A DNA stretch of 64,000 nucleotides, from the NCBI GenBank assembly GCA_002331495.1, contig DCYR01000007.1, positions 29,689 through 93,688 of the forward strand, written 5' to 3'. The translations under genes were made by a program, and so were the position numbers. Source of the DNA: Patescibacteria group bacterium UBA2105 (GTDB taxonomy: Bacteria; Patescibacteriota; Minisyncoccia; Phycocordibacterales; UBA2100). This document shows positions 49,880 to 59,373 of the stretch, one piece after another. Below the pieces are notes generated by a model that had not been told where the DNA came from, made no database searches, and saw nothing but the letters and a program-made list of their open reading frames with translations. Numbering within the stretch: position 1 is the stretch's first letter; each line of letters starts with the position of its first letter.

Positions 49880-50016
49880 ACCTGGTTAGAACAACTTCGA
49901 ACCTAACCTGTGCGGGTTAGTGAAGTGGTTTAGTGATGTTAATAATTTCGTCATACTTTTTGATATGGTGTCGGTAATATACCCTATCGCATTCGAAGTT
50001 GTACTACCGGGCATAC
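49873..50016. mobile_element. Palindromic MITE-like element, family A copy 2, between atpF and atpH
   Basis: Inverted cores ACAACTTCGAA (49891-49901) / TTCGAAGTTGT (49992-50002); 9-bp direct repeat CGGGCATAC at 49873-49881 and 50008-50016. Confidence 0.65.
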
Positions 50017-50465
50017 TACGATTGCTTTTCTTTTAGGATTCTCTCAGCTGCAAGAACTGCGGCTTTGCCGATTTCTGCTTTGCTCTCGCGAAGCGCTTGC
50101 TCCTTCGCTTCTTGTGCGCGTTGCTCTGCACTTACAAGAATTGAATCAGCTCGAGTATTTGCATCGTTCACAATTTGTGACGCCTGCTCTTGAGCGCGCT
50201 CTTTTGACGAGGCAAGAAGCTCCTCCGCTGATTTAGTGGCCTCTTTGAGGACCGTGTCACGTTCGCCTTCAATCTCTCGGAGGCGCTCCTGAGACTTCTC
50301 AGCACTTTTAACACCCTCTTCGATCTTTTCTCGACGGGTGTCGAGCATCTTTAAGACGGGCCGGTACAAGAAGTACCACAATGCTAAGAGGAGTACGCCG
50401 AAGTTAACTGCCTGTACAATAAGCAGTTTCCAGTTGAGTCCGAATACTTTTACAATTTCTTCCAT
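50016..50465 (-). CDS. atpF: ATP synthase Fo subunit b
   Basis: QAVNF.VL...L..FLYRPV...LD.R...I followed by coiled coil. Confidence 0.96.
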   Translation of the reverse strand: MEEIVKVFGLNWKLLIVQAVNFGVLLLALWYFLYRPVLKMLDTRREKIEEGVKSAEKSQERLREIEGERDTVLKEATKSAEELLASSKERAQEQASQIVNDANTRADSILVSAEQRAQEAKEQALRESKAEIGKAAVLAAERILKEKQS

Positions 50466-50488
50466 GGTTAGTTGTGCGTGAGCTCAAG

Positions 50489-50606
50489 AATTCAAAAATT
50501 TTGGATGGAGCGCGAGGAGGTCGAGAGAGAATGTTCGAGGTGTATTTGCTATATAGTGAGGTCATTCTCGTGAAGACCAACAAAGCGCTGCGCCAAAATT
50601 AGTGAA

Positions 50607-50608
<2 letters not shown>
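50489..50608 (+). repeat. Long imperfect palindrome, family B copy 2 (between atpE and atpF)
   Basis: Stems AATTTTGG/CCAAAATT, AGCGC/GCGCT, GGTC/GACC, GAGAATG/CATTCTC and TGTAT/ATATA, with the same loop motifs as copy 1. Confidence 0.7.
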
Positions 50609-50858
<250 letters not shown>

Positions 50859-50907
50859 TTACTCTGCTCGCATTCACAGAGTCACGCTAAACCTGAATTC
50901 CTCAGGG

Positions 50908-51735
50908 CTAGTGTGGCTCTGTGATTGCTATCTTGATGAAGAATAACGTCAACAGTGCAAAGATTGCTGCCTGGATCAGTCCCACGAATACTTCAAAAAG
51001 CATCATTGGCACTGGCACCAGGTACGGAACAAAAAACATTATCACCACGATCAGCACCTCACCTGCAAGGATGTTTCCAAACAGACGAAACGAGAATGAA
51101 ATAAGACGAGCAACCTCACTGAAGAGTTCGATAATACCTACGAGGAATCCGATGACCGACTTAAAGTTCAGGAACTTACTTGCGTACTTCATTATTCCGA
51201 GAGTTGCGACACCGACAACCTCAATAACAATGAAGGCGATCACGGCAAGTGCGAGCGTGACATTAAGATCAGTGTTAACACTTCGCAGGAGCGGGGTAAA
51301 TGCTTCTCCCCCGTGACTTGACTGTTCAATGAAACCGATACTCCCAATACCTGGAGTGAATTCGAGAACATTCGATGCAAATATGAAGAGAAAGAGCGTG
51401 GTTATGAATGGAAATAACTTTCGTGCGAGCTTTCCATCCTCAAGCACCTCGGTCATGTAGTTTAGGATAAAGTTGAGCATCTCCTCGAAAAGAGTCTGCA
51501 CTCTACCTGGAATCATCTTTAAGTTACGCCCAACAAAAAAAGCGATGGTAAAGAGAATCGCCATCACTATCCAGCTTGTTATGAGAGTATTCGTAAGCGG
51601 GATTCCAAGAAATTCCCCAACTCGCTCTGCAGCAAGCGCAATGTGTATACCTGAGTCTGCATAAGAGCTGGCGGTCTCTACTGCGTATATTGTCGCCTCT
51701 GATATCTGCTGGCCGTCGATTGAAATATCTTCCAT
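50908..51735 (-). CDS. atpB: ATP synthase Fo subunit a
   Basis: NTDLNVTLALA, SFSFRLFGNILAGE, IQAAIFALL; start uncertain. Confidence 0.97.
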   Translation of the reverse strand: MEDISIDGQQISEATIYAVETASSYADSGIHIALAAERVGEFLGIPLTNTLITSWIVMAILFTIAFFVGRNLKMIPGRVQTLFEEMLNFILNYMTEVLEDGKLARKLFPFITTLFLFIFASNVLEFTPGIGSIGFIEQSSHGGEAFTPLLRSVNTDLNVTLALAVIAFIVIEVVGVATLGIMKYASKFLNFKSVIGFLVGIIELFSEVARLISFSFRLFGNILAGEVLIVVIMFFVPYLVPVPMMLFEVFVGLIQAAIFALLTLFFIKIAITEPH

Positions 51736-51805
51736 AATATGTCTAACGCGCCTCTTGAGGAAAAGAGGCGCGCGCATTGTAGCACAGAATTCTGACGACT
51801 CCAGG

Positions 51806-52987
51806 CTATTTTACTTCCTCCCCTTTTACCTTTTTTCTCTTTCCAGCAGCCTTAAGAAGTTTGGGCTGTGTACTTGAGGAGCCTTCGTCTTCCGGTATGC
51901 TCTTAAGGAGATACCAGGCAAGAAGTCCCAAAAATAGACCAATGGCAACCAGTGTTATGTAGTAAAACATAAACACTGCAGATATAATCGCAAGAACTAT
52001 GGTACCGAATAACCAATACAAAGTAGAGTTGCGAAGCGTCATTCCCAGCGCTGGCAACACTAGATGCTGCAGCAGGAACAAAAGCCCAAGGAAAAACAGC
52101 GTAGGGATGATGTAGCGGTCTTTCTCGAATAACCCTATGCTTGACGACAAACGAAGTCTGTCCCTGTCAGGTATGAGTTTTGCGAAGAATGCTTGAAGCC
52201 CTGTCCAGAGATCGCGTTCCCGCGAGGAATCCAAGGCCTCTTCGGCAGCGGTTACCGCAGCAGGGACGGTCGAGGTTGTGTCAATGTCTCTCCTAGTCTC
52301 TTCCTCGGTGGGAGGCGCTTCTTGGTCAATAAATTTTGCAGCTGGCGAAGTAACTGCTGGCGCGAGAGGGAACTTTTCGGAGTCAAACGCAGGGGCGGGT
52401 ACGGAACGAGTGGGGGTTGGTGTTCCGGAAATCGAGGGTGTCATCGAGGCTAGGCTAGCAACTGAGGGCCCGGCTATGAAAACCTGGGGGTCGCTAATAG
52501 TCGGCATTGCAGTTGGATGAGATCGGGTCACGAGCCGATAGGTGTACGCCTTGCCAGGCTCAAGACCCGTAAGAATGGCTGTGTGCAGTGAATTCCCAGC
52601 GTTGTTTTGTACGGTGGCATGAGGGTATCCAAAGTTTTCTTCAGACACAACAATCGTTACAGGCTCGCTAGAGAGCTCCGAAAACAATACTTGTGATGCC
52701 GCGGGGGCATCGCTCTCCCACTGCACGACAGCGCAGTTCTCAGTTGAACTTATAAAGCTAACCTGCGCATTCGCAGTTTGAACAGAACCGGGGCCTTGCA
52801 TCATTCCGGCACCGTAGCCAAAAATATCAACACTGTAAGAACCACACGTTTCTCGCTCTAAAACTCCCGGTGGGAGTGAGTCCAAAGACGCTGATGCAAG
52901 CTGTGGAAAAAAAAGGAAAATCAAAAAACTCCCCAATAAAATCATTTGTAGTGTGCGCCGTTGCGCAGCTGTGTAAAACACGCTCAT
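51806..52987 (-). CDS. Exported FN3-like domain protein with Pro/Thr linker and three C-terminal TMs
   Basis: Signal-like N-terminus; AVVQWESD..A.SQV and HTAILTGLEPGKAYTYRL. Confidence 0.7.
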   Translation of the reverse strand: MSVFYTAAQRRTLQMILLGSFLIFLFFPQLASASLDSLPPGVLERETCGSYSVDIFGYGAGMMQGPGSVQTANAQVSFISSTENCAVVQWESDAPAASQVLFSELSSEPVTIVVSEENFGYPHATVQNNAGNSLHTAILTGLEPGKAYTYRLVTRSHPTAMPTISDPQVFIAGPSVASLASMTPSISGTPTPTRSVPAPAFDSEKFPLAPAVTSPAAKFIDQEAPPTEEETRRDIDTTSTVPAAVTAAEEALDSSRERDLWTGLQAFFAKLIPDRDRLRLSSSIGLFEKDRYIIPTLFFLGLLFLLQHLVLPALGMTLRNSTLYWLFGTIVLAIISAVFMFYYITLVAIGLFLGLLAWYLLKSIPEDEGSSSTQPKLLKAAGKRKKVKGEEVK

Positions 52988-53164
52988 GTTGTTTGTTTAT
53001 TTAAAGCAAATTCCCAGCAAGGGATCGAAAGGAACAACAACAAAAGAGCACAAGCTCCTCGATTATAGGGGTGCTCATACGGTGATGTCAAGAACAAAAA
53101 AAGTCGCCCGCGTTCTGGTTTCTTTAAGGACATAAACAGCCAAAGTAGGCTTAGGTCGTGCCAT

Positions 53165-53848
53165 TTATTGTCCCTTAGAGAGGAAGTTGTGTAAACGCCT
53201 TAGATCTTCCATATCTGAGACCTGGTGCCACCCCGTCGCTTCTATGATTCTTATGGGGAAATCGGCAGCGGCGAGTACCACCGTTTGCGGTAAGCCAAAC
53301 TCCTTTCCACCCTTGATTGGCTGCATTTCATACCTGAAATACTCGGGGCCAAGTACGAAACAATTGGTCCCAACAAATCCTTCCTTTACATTATGGGTAC
53401 CTTCATTTACTGCGACCACATGGTCGTTGTCATCATACATAATTTGTCCCCCGGTGAATTTTCCACGTACTTTTTTGACCAACCACGCCCAGTCATGTTT
53501 CAGGCAGACGTGGATATCGTCTTCTCCATACATGTCGTCTCCCATAAGTACGATAAAGCGGCCAGTGATGTGTCTCTGACATAGAGATAGCGCATGAGCA
53601 GTACCAAGAAGCTTCTTTTGTCGAACATAGGAGATTTTTCTACCTTTGTATTCGCTACCAAAGTGATTCGTTATCTGCTCGGCCAGGTAACCGACCACGA
53701 TTATAAGCTCATCGACTTCCGCGGGTAGCTTGTCTATGTTGTGCTCGAGCAGGTTCTTTCCACCTGCCCGTGCCATGGGCTTAGGAACGTGGTAAGTCAG
53801 TGGGCGCATGCGAGTACCTTCACCAGCTGCTAGTAGTATTGCTTGCAT
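53165..53848 (-). CDS. Sugar-phosphate nucleotidyltransferase (NTP_transferase family)
   Basis: AILLAAGEGTRMRPLT...PKPM, Q...LGTAHA, LMGDD. Confidence 0.9.
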   Translation of the reverse strand: MQAILLAAGEGTRMRPLTYHVPKPMARAGGKNLLEHNIDKLPAEVDELIIVVGYLAEQITNHFGSEYKGRKISYVRQKKLLGTAHALSLCQRHITGRFIVLMGDDMYGEDDIHVCLKHDWAWLVKKVRGKFTGGQIMYDDNDHVVAVNEGTHNVKEGFVGTNCFVLGPEYFRYEMQPIKGGKEFGLPQTVVLAAADFPIRIIEATGWHQVSDMEDLRRLHNFLSKGQ

Positions 53849-54064
53849 AATATCTCGTATTGTACTGTTTGCCCGGCACTCTTCAAGGTGTTGTGTTTAT
53901 CCTTATATCACCAGCCGATTGCGCTTCTCAGCTTGCGGGGGTGATTCTACGGACATAAGTTTAAAAAAGCGAGGTTTCATACAAAGCAAAACTGGTAGGT
54001 CGTCTATCTGTTTTCAGGCTTTGTTGGGCCCACATCTCTTCTATGCTTCAATCGGTGCTCTGTT

Positions 54065-54844
54065 CTAGCCTCGGATGGCCTCTAAGGCATCAAATAGCGC
54101 CGAGTGCATATCCACGTGCGTATCGACCTTTCTAAAATAGGGCCGGTTGTCCGGTCTTTTAAAAAGAACACCACGTCGTTGCCACAATCCTACAGCAATA
54201 AAATAGTTAGCTAGCCCAGAGTCATACACTTCAACATCAGTCGCGCCGTCACCAATCATAATTGCTCGTGAAGGGTCCGTAATTATACCGCTAACAATAT
54301 CAAGCTTTGAGTTCATAATCCGTGAGTTCAGTTGATCCAGATCCCCGTTTTTTGTGATGACAATCTTGTTGCCGATCCCTGCAAAATGTACTTTCGCGCA
54401 TCCCTCCTGCTCCATCTGCTTTTGCAATTCCGAAACAGCTGCATTTACACAAATTTGCGGCCCGCCGCTCACTACTGAAATTCTTAGCGTTCGCCGGCTG
54501 CAAGAAATACTTTCTTGGCTAAGAGCCGAAACCAGACTTTTCGTGAGCGTATTCGGGACTATGCTGGCCACTATTTCAAAGTGTTCGGGAAGTACCGGTG
54601 CTCCTAGCTGTTTTGCTATTGCAATTCGTGCCGGGATCGTTTCCCTCATTGTCGCAGCTCCAGACATGCCTCTGTCCATCTCAAATTGGACTCGCTTCAT
54701 AGCCTCTGCGACCGCATCAGGGAGCAACCGCGCACTCAAAGCTGTTTCAATAATAGAATCCAGGCTCTCTATTGATAATAGAGTGCTATCCATGTCTAGA
54801 ATTATATGGGCATGGTTATTAGTCATCGAGGAAAAGTTATTCAT
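54065..54844 (-). CDS. HAD-IB phosphatase (phosphoserine phosphatase-like)
   Basis: LDMDSTL...ESLD, VVSGG, conserved K, MIGDGATD. Confidence 0.82.
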   Translation of the reverse strand: MNNFSSMTNNHAHIILDMDSTLLSIESLDSIIETALSARLLPDAVAEAMKRVQFEMDRGMSGAATMRETIPARIAIAKQLGAPVLPEHFEIVASIVPNTLTKSLVSALSQESISCSRRTLRISVVSGGPQICVNAAVSELQKQMEQEGCAKVHFAGIGNKIVITKNGDLDQLNSRIMNSKLDIVSGIITDPSRAIMIGDGATDVEVYDSGLANYFIAVGLWQRRGVLFKRPDNRPYFRKVDTHVDMHSALFDALEAIRG

Positions 54845-55217
54845 GCGATCTTCGCTCAGCTCAGCATCCGCTGGTATCGTTTGCAGCAATGTTCGGCAAC
54901 ATTGATATCCACATTTTTCAGTATAGTTCTATTTTGACTATAAACTCTAAAATCGGGTTCATTAAGTCGTACTAGTTTCTGCGTGATACAAGAATATCAA
55001 GAATAATAAGAAATGCACAGAATTGCGAGCTATGTTTTTTTAGTACAAAACCTGTGACATCTTGATACAGAGAATGCCACCAGCAGCAAAAAAAAGAGCT
55101 AATCACAAAAAGTGGCCCAACACAGAGGTTCAAGGGCATGGTAAAGCTAGCTAGACTTTAGACCAGACCCGGTCGAGGGAGAATAAAAAATTCCCTAATC
55201 ATTTGCGCGGATGAAAC

Positions 55218-55245
55218 AATAAGGCCCGCTTTAGCGGGCCTTATT
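55218..55245. terminator. Strong intrinsic terminator hairpin
   Basis: Perfect AATAAGGCCCGC-TTTA-GCGGGCCTTATT. Confidence 0.75.
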
Positions 55246-55250
55246 ATGAT

Positions 55251-55322
55251 TTACTCCGTTTCTTCGTCCTCTTCCTCACCTGCGCTTGCCTGGCATGCTT
55301 CGCATGATCCATCTTCACACAT
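55251..55322 (-). CDS. Unannotated 23-aa Cys/acidic micropeptide
   Basis: MCEDGSCEACQASAGEEEDEETE; stop lies 5 nt before the terminator; AT-rich leader and TTGCAA-16-CATGAT upstream. Confidence 0.5.
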   Translation of the reverse strand: MCEDGSCEACQASAGEEEDEETE

Positions 55323-55541
55323 AGTTGAATTTATTAATTGCTAAGCACCTCTTGGTGCCCCTTAATCATGCCTTTTGGCTAGACCTTTGCAATCCCCATG
55401 TGAAAAAGTGAGCTTGCATATATTTTTAAGTTTGTTCTAGCTATGGCGTTCCCAACGTCAAGGACCTTTCACTACGTCATGCGCTCCCCTTAAATTCCAA
55501 CCACACGTCATTCGCTGCTTGTTCAGGAAATGCTCAATGTA

Positions 55542-56090
55542 TTATTGGACAAACTCCCGAATCTTATCAGCATCAAAGACTTCTAGGACCTCTCGCTTTC
55601 CTGCCCGAGTCATTATTATTTTGCCATCATAGGTATTTGGAGCAAGATAGACATTCTCTGGATAGTCATCGGCAATAGCGGTCAGTCTGCCGATCAGGTC
55701 TGGCTCGCACTCATAATCGAGGCAGTTGTATTGGATGATAATTCCTGGTGCGCCTCTCCCGTCTGAATGTTCAAGCATATGCCGCTGCATTCGATCCGGT
55801 AGTGGAGATGTTACAATATGCGCCGCGGGGGAGTCTTCGCTATGTCCTTCCACGGTTATAGGCGGCAGGTTAGGGACAAGTGTGAAAAGCCACATTATAC
55901 TCCCCAAAATCACCAACACGGTGAGGGATATGAGGATATATTTTCCGGCTTTCTTGGGGACATCGGCGAGTTTTTTCTTCGCTTTCGCGTGTTGTTTTGC
56001 CTTGGCTTTATTAGCCTTCTCGAGATCATACTTCTCTTTTGGGGAGAGTTCTTCGGAGTCTTGTGGTTGCTCATTGTCGGTCATGCGCAT
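55542..56090 (-). CDS. DUF3105-like membrane-anchored protein
   Basis: One TM, then Q.HMLEH...GIIIQYNC and V.LAP pattern. Confidence 0.65.
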   Translation of the reverse strand: MRMTDNEQPQDSEELSPKEKYDLEKANKAKAKQHAKAKKKLADVPKKAGKYILISLTVLVILGSIMWLFTLVPNLPPITVEGHSEDSPAAHIVTSPLPDRMQRHMLEHSDGRGAPGIIIQYNCLDYECEPDLIGRLTAIADDYPENVYLAPNTYDGKIIMTRAGKREVLEVFDADKIREFVQ

Positions 56091-56203
56091 TTTGCTAACT
56101 TAGTTTAGAGCTTATTTCTTGTAATCGAACACTTTTTAAAAGACTATCAAATATTGCACCCAGTGCAATTGCTCTGCAGACCTAGAGTCTTGAGCCAGCG
56201 AAA

Positions 56204-56884
56204 TTAATAGCCTTCGAACGACTCCGTAAAAATGTGGTCACTCAGTACTCCACCAGTGCGCAATCCACTTATAACGACCGCTACCATGGCAGGTGGCCCC
56301 ACAATCCACCACACTGCATTCGGATGTTTTTCTACCAGATCTGAAAATAAATCGGGAGAGGGCTGGTGATAGAGATTATGGATTGAAAATTGCTGCTGTT
56401 CTTCAGACAACTGTTCAAGCTCTGCAAGATAAGCAGCGCTGTGTGAGTCCTTGTTGCCATAGTATAGAGTGAGAGGATGATGCAACGTTTTCTCTCTTTG
56501 CTGAGGCAAGTAGCTCATAAACGGAGCTATGCCGACTCCACCAGCAACAAACACGTGAGATTTATTGACTTCATCAGGGAAGAGAAAGCTGCCGGAAGCC
56601 TGTTCAATGGTCACTGTTGAATTCTTCGGGATAGACATTAAAGTTTTTTTAAAGCCGCTCCCTGAAGCGCGAAATACCACTCGCAAATGTTTACGGTCCT
56701 CCGGTGGAGATGCAAGCGAGAACTGACGTGAGCGCCCTTTTGGGTCTGGCGCAATAAGCTTGGAGACAGCTACTTGAGTGTATTGTCCAGCCTTAAACTC
56801 AAAGCCAGCAGGTCGCTTGAAGGTCACTTCGTGCGTTCCATTTGCTACGGTTCTATGTGCGACTATTTGTGTGTTAAACAACAT
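56204..56884 (-). CDS. FAD/NAD(P)H oxidoreductase (ferredoxin-NADP reductase fold)
   Basis: FKAGQY, RQFSLASPP, FVAGGVGIAPF.S, GPPAMV, ESFEGY. Confidence 0.9.
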   Translation of the reverse strand: MLFNTQIVAHRTVANGTHEVTFKRPAGFEFKAGQYTQVAVSKLIAPDPKGRSRQFSLASPPEDRKHLRVVFRASGSGFKKTLMSIPKNSTVTIEQASGSFLFPDEVNKSHVFVAGGVGIAPFMSYLPQQREKTLHHPLTLYYGNKDSHSAAYLAELEQLSEEQQQFSIHNLYHQPSPDLFSDLVEKHPNAVWWIVGPPAMVAVVISGLRTGGVLSDHIFTESFEGY

Positions 56885-56896
56885 GTTCGTTTGTTA

Positions 56897-57610
56897 TTAC
56901 CATTGAGTATTTCGCTGCTTGCGTACAGTTTTGACAAAAGCCCAAGCTTGCACCACGAATACACTCAGAAGTGCCGCTAGGTAGTAATATCGCAGAGGAT
57001 TAACCGGATACTCAGTTGGTGCCCCCATCATAACCCGCTGTAGCGAAGGGGTATAGTGGATAAACGCGAAATACACAACGTGTGCAACGGAAAGATAAAA
57101 TATGACGTAAGCAAACATGTGTAGCCATTTCCACGAAGATACTCCTAACCAGTTCACCGCTCTGTCAAACGATGTGGCAGCAAGAGCGAGAGCGAACACG
57201 AGTGCCATAAGACCGATGAGGTTTGCAAGGCCAAAACCCGCTTCAACTCGAAGATATGTGTCGACTTCGGTTATGTATTGATACCCAAAGAAACCCCACA
57301 CGCTCCACCGGACCCAGCCGTCAAGTATGAGGTATCCATGGATCAGGGCGACAATAGTAAACCAGACACCAGCCTCGCGCCGGAACGACAATATGCGATT
57401 AAGGGGCGGCCAAATGACAGCTGCCGGCCCGATAAAGACTGCAAACCACAACAAAAAGAACGAACTGCCGCCAAATGACTTCCAAAGGCGCATGTCCGGG
57501 CTCCATGTGGAATTAAGCATCCACACAAGTCCGACAAGTGCGGCTGCAATTACTGCAAACAATATGTGGCGCAAGAATGCTACTTTGCTACTTTTTATTC
57601 CCAACAACAT
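56897..57610 (-). CDS. Ferric-reductase-like transmembrane protein (MsrQ/YedZ family)
   Basis: RREAGV...ALIH, LAATS...LG..WKWLH..Y......H, with candidate heme-ligand histidines. Confidence 0.85.
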   Translation of the reverse strand: MLLGIKSSKVAFLRHILFAVIAAALVGLVWMLNSTWSPDMRLWKSFGGSSFFLLWFAVFIGPAAVIWPPLNRILSFRREAGVWFTIVALIHGYLILDGWVRWSVWGFFGYQYITEVDTYLRVEAGFGLANLIGLMALVFALALAATSFDRAVNWLGVSSWKWLHMFAYVIFYLSVAHVVYFAFIHYTPSLQRVMMGAPTEYPVNPLRYYYLAALLSVFVVQAWAFVKTVRKQRNTQW

Positions 57611-57621
57611 ACTTTTTTAGA

Positions 57622-58404
57622 TTATTGAACAATCACGACACCCATTTGGCTGGCGTTCACATGGTCGTGGTATGTCCACTCCCCCACTTGGTCGAACGTA
57701 TAGCGGTAACTTCCACCGGTAGCAGTAGACGAGAACTGGTCAAAGGTTGGCAGTATGGTGTGTGCCGGGTGCAAGTTTGATGCTACCCACATAGGGCGAC
57801 TGCTTTTGTTGACAAATACGACAGTTTCTCCCGCCGAGATCGTTACCTCCCGTGGCACGAAGCCCTCGTTAGTATACGTTACGACCACTGCTGCCTCGTC
57901 AGTTTCCGATGACGAGACGTCCCCTTGCGGAACCACGGAATTTGGTGCGTATTCCCCCGTTGTAACGTACCGGGCAAGCAATTGCCCATCGACATATTGT
58001 GGCATATCACGTATCGGGTTGAAGCCCTCGTCGCCGTCATCTAGATACACAACGGCAACCATGTCCACTGAAACAGGAAACGAACTACTAATGTCTATTT
58101 GCTCATTCCCAGTCAACGGATCAGAGAGATCTATTTGCACATTCTCATGCACTCCGGACGACAAGTACGGACTGACTTCAACGATCTGGCCCGGCCTATC
58201 ATTTACAACTTCACGAAGTACCACAAAACCAGGAGAAGTTAGTTCCACGCGGTTTACGATGACCACCGATCCCAACTCTTGGGGGACGATTTCGAATCTT
58301 TCGCCAATAGTTTCAGGGGAGACACCCCGCTCCGATGATAACAGGGTCCACGCCCCAAAGCTCACGGCAAGGATTGTCGCCGCAATAATACCAATTTTCT
58401 TCAT
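57622..58404 (-). CDS. Exported two-domain protein with C-terminal cupredoxin fold
   Basis: F.P.EVTI.AGETV.FVN, WVASNLHPAHT, YTFDQVG.W.YHDH. Confidence 0.8.
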   Translation of the reverse strand: MKKIGIIAATILAVSFGAWTLLSSERGVSPETIGERFEIVPQELGSVVIVNRVELTSPGFVVLREVVNDRPGQIVEVSPYLSSGVHENVQIDLSDPLTGNEQIDISSSFPVSVDMVAVVYLDDGDEGFNPIRDMPQYVDGQLLARYVTTGEYAPNSVVPQGDVSSSETDEAAVVVTYTNEGFVPREVTISAGETVVFVNKSSRPMWVASNLHPAHTILPTFDQFSSTATGGSYRYTFDQVGEWTYHDHVNASQMGVVIVQ

Positions 58405-58406
58405 AA

Positions 58407-58802
58407 TTAGATGATACGTACGATTAATTCTTCACCGTGGTCGTCAGTTTTATCAGAAGGATTAGGACCACCGCATACTGCAGCATCAGTGTCGATCGGT
58501 CGATCCGCAATAAATTCCATGCGAGCAGTTCCTCCTGCGGGAACATGCCCGCCGGGTACGGTTGCGTTGAACTGAGGTAACGCAATACCGTGGTCCACTG
58601 AATCTCGGTTGGTGAAGTTGATAATTACTCTATCGCCTACAGAGGCCACAATTTCTGAGGGGTTGTAGCTATTGTTTTCCATTACGATATCAAATCGCTT
58701 GGTGCTGGGCAGACCCCCATTTAGTGAAAGGAGCAACGCCGCCACCACAAGGGCAGCTGCGATGATTGACGCAGCTATGGTTAGTTGAGTATTGGTGTTC
58801 AT
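58407..58802 (-). CDS. Membrane-anchored cupredoxin-domain protein
   Basis: YNPSEI....GDRV.INFTNRD.V.HGI, with C and H near the C-terminus. Confidence 0.75.
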   Translation of the reverse strand: MNTNTQLTIAASIIAAALVVAALLLSLNGGLPSTKRFDIVMENNSYNPSEIVASVGDRVIINFTNRDSVDHGIALPQFNATVPGGHVPAGGTARMEFIADRPIDTDAAVCGGPNPSDKTDDHGEELIVRII

Positions 58803-58806
58803 GATG

Positions 58807-59367
58807 TTAGTAGTTAGGTGGTAATGAGGGAGGGCTGCATACAAGCGGTCGATCTATTTTTTTCAGCAGAGTATAAATGGAGTACACAAGGAGGACGATG
58901 CCCAACAATCCAAATTCCTCCCCGCCCAGGGGCAAAAATACCAATGAGCCGGCAGCGCCGAAAAGACCAAGCAGTCCGGTGAGAATGAACGTCCCGCACG
59001 ATGCACACCCCACGCCCAGAAATCCACTCACAATGCCCCCGAAGCTCGTCCATGTTCCCTTATTTGAAGTTCGGATCTTTCTCGTTGTGCGAACGTAGTG
59101 GACGAGTACCACAATGTTTACACCAAAAAGCAAAGCTATGGTGATTGTGTACAGAGCGGAGAAGGTCGTAAAGTTTGTCAGGATGGAACCGTACAAACTC
59201 GTCAAAAGCGATACTTTTTCGGCAAACGTCGCCGATTGCGAAGGTATGATGGTTAGCACCAATCGCCAATTTGGTAACCAAACTGCAATGGTAAACACGA
59301 CAAGGGATATGCCTGCTGACAGCAGCACATACGCAGGTCGTGCCCAAATAGACACGAGTAATTTCAT
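58807..59367 (-). CDS. Four-TM membrane protein with GCASC motif
   Basis: LGVGCASCG within a TM segment. Confidence 0.7.
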   Translation of the reverse strand: MKLLVSIWARPAYVLLSAGISLVVFTIAVWLPNWRLVLTIIPSQSATFAEKVSLLTSLYGSILTNFTTFSALYTITIALLFGVNIVVLVHYVRTTRKIRTSNKGTWTSFGGIVSGFLGVGCASCGTFILTGLLGLFGAAGSLVFLPLGGEEFGLLGIVLLVYSIYTLLKKIDRPLVCSPPSLPPNY

Positions 59368-59373
59368 AGGCAG

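Noticed and set aside
53850-54064. Weak stem-loop potential and an 86-aa plus-strand ORF
   Set aside because: Pairing is short and imperfect, and the ORF has no motif or start signal
54900-55215. AT-rich gap as a tRNA/att integration site for the metal island
   Set aside because: No tRNA fold, direct repeat or integrase could be identified by eye
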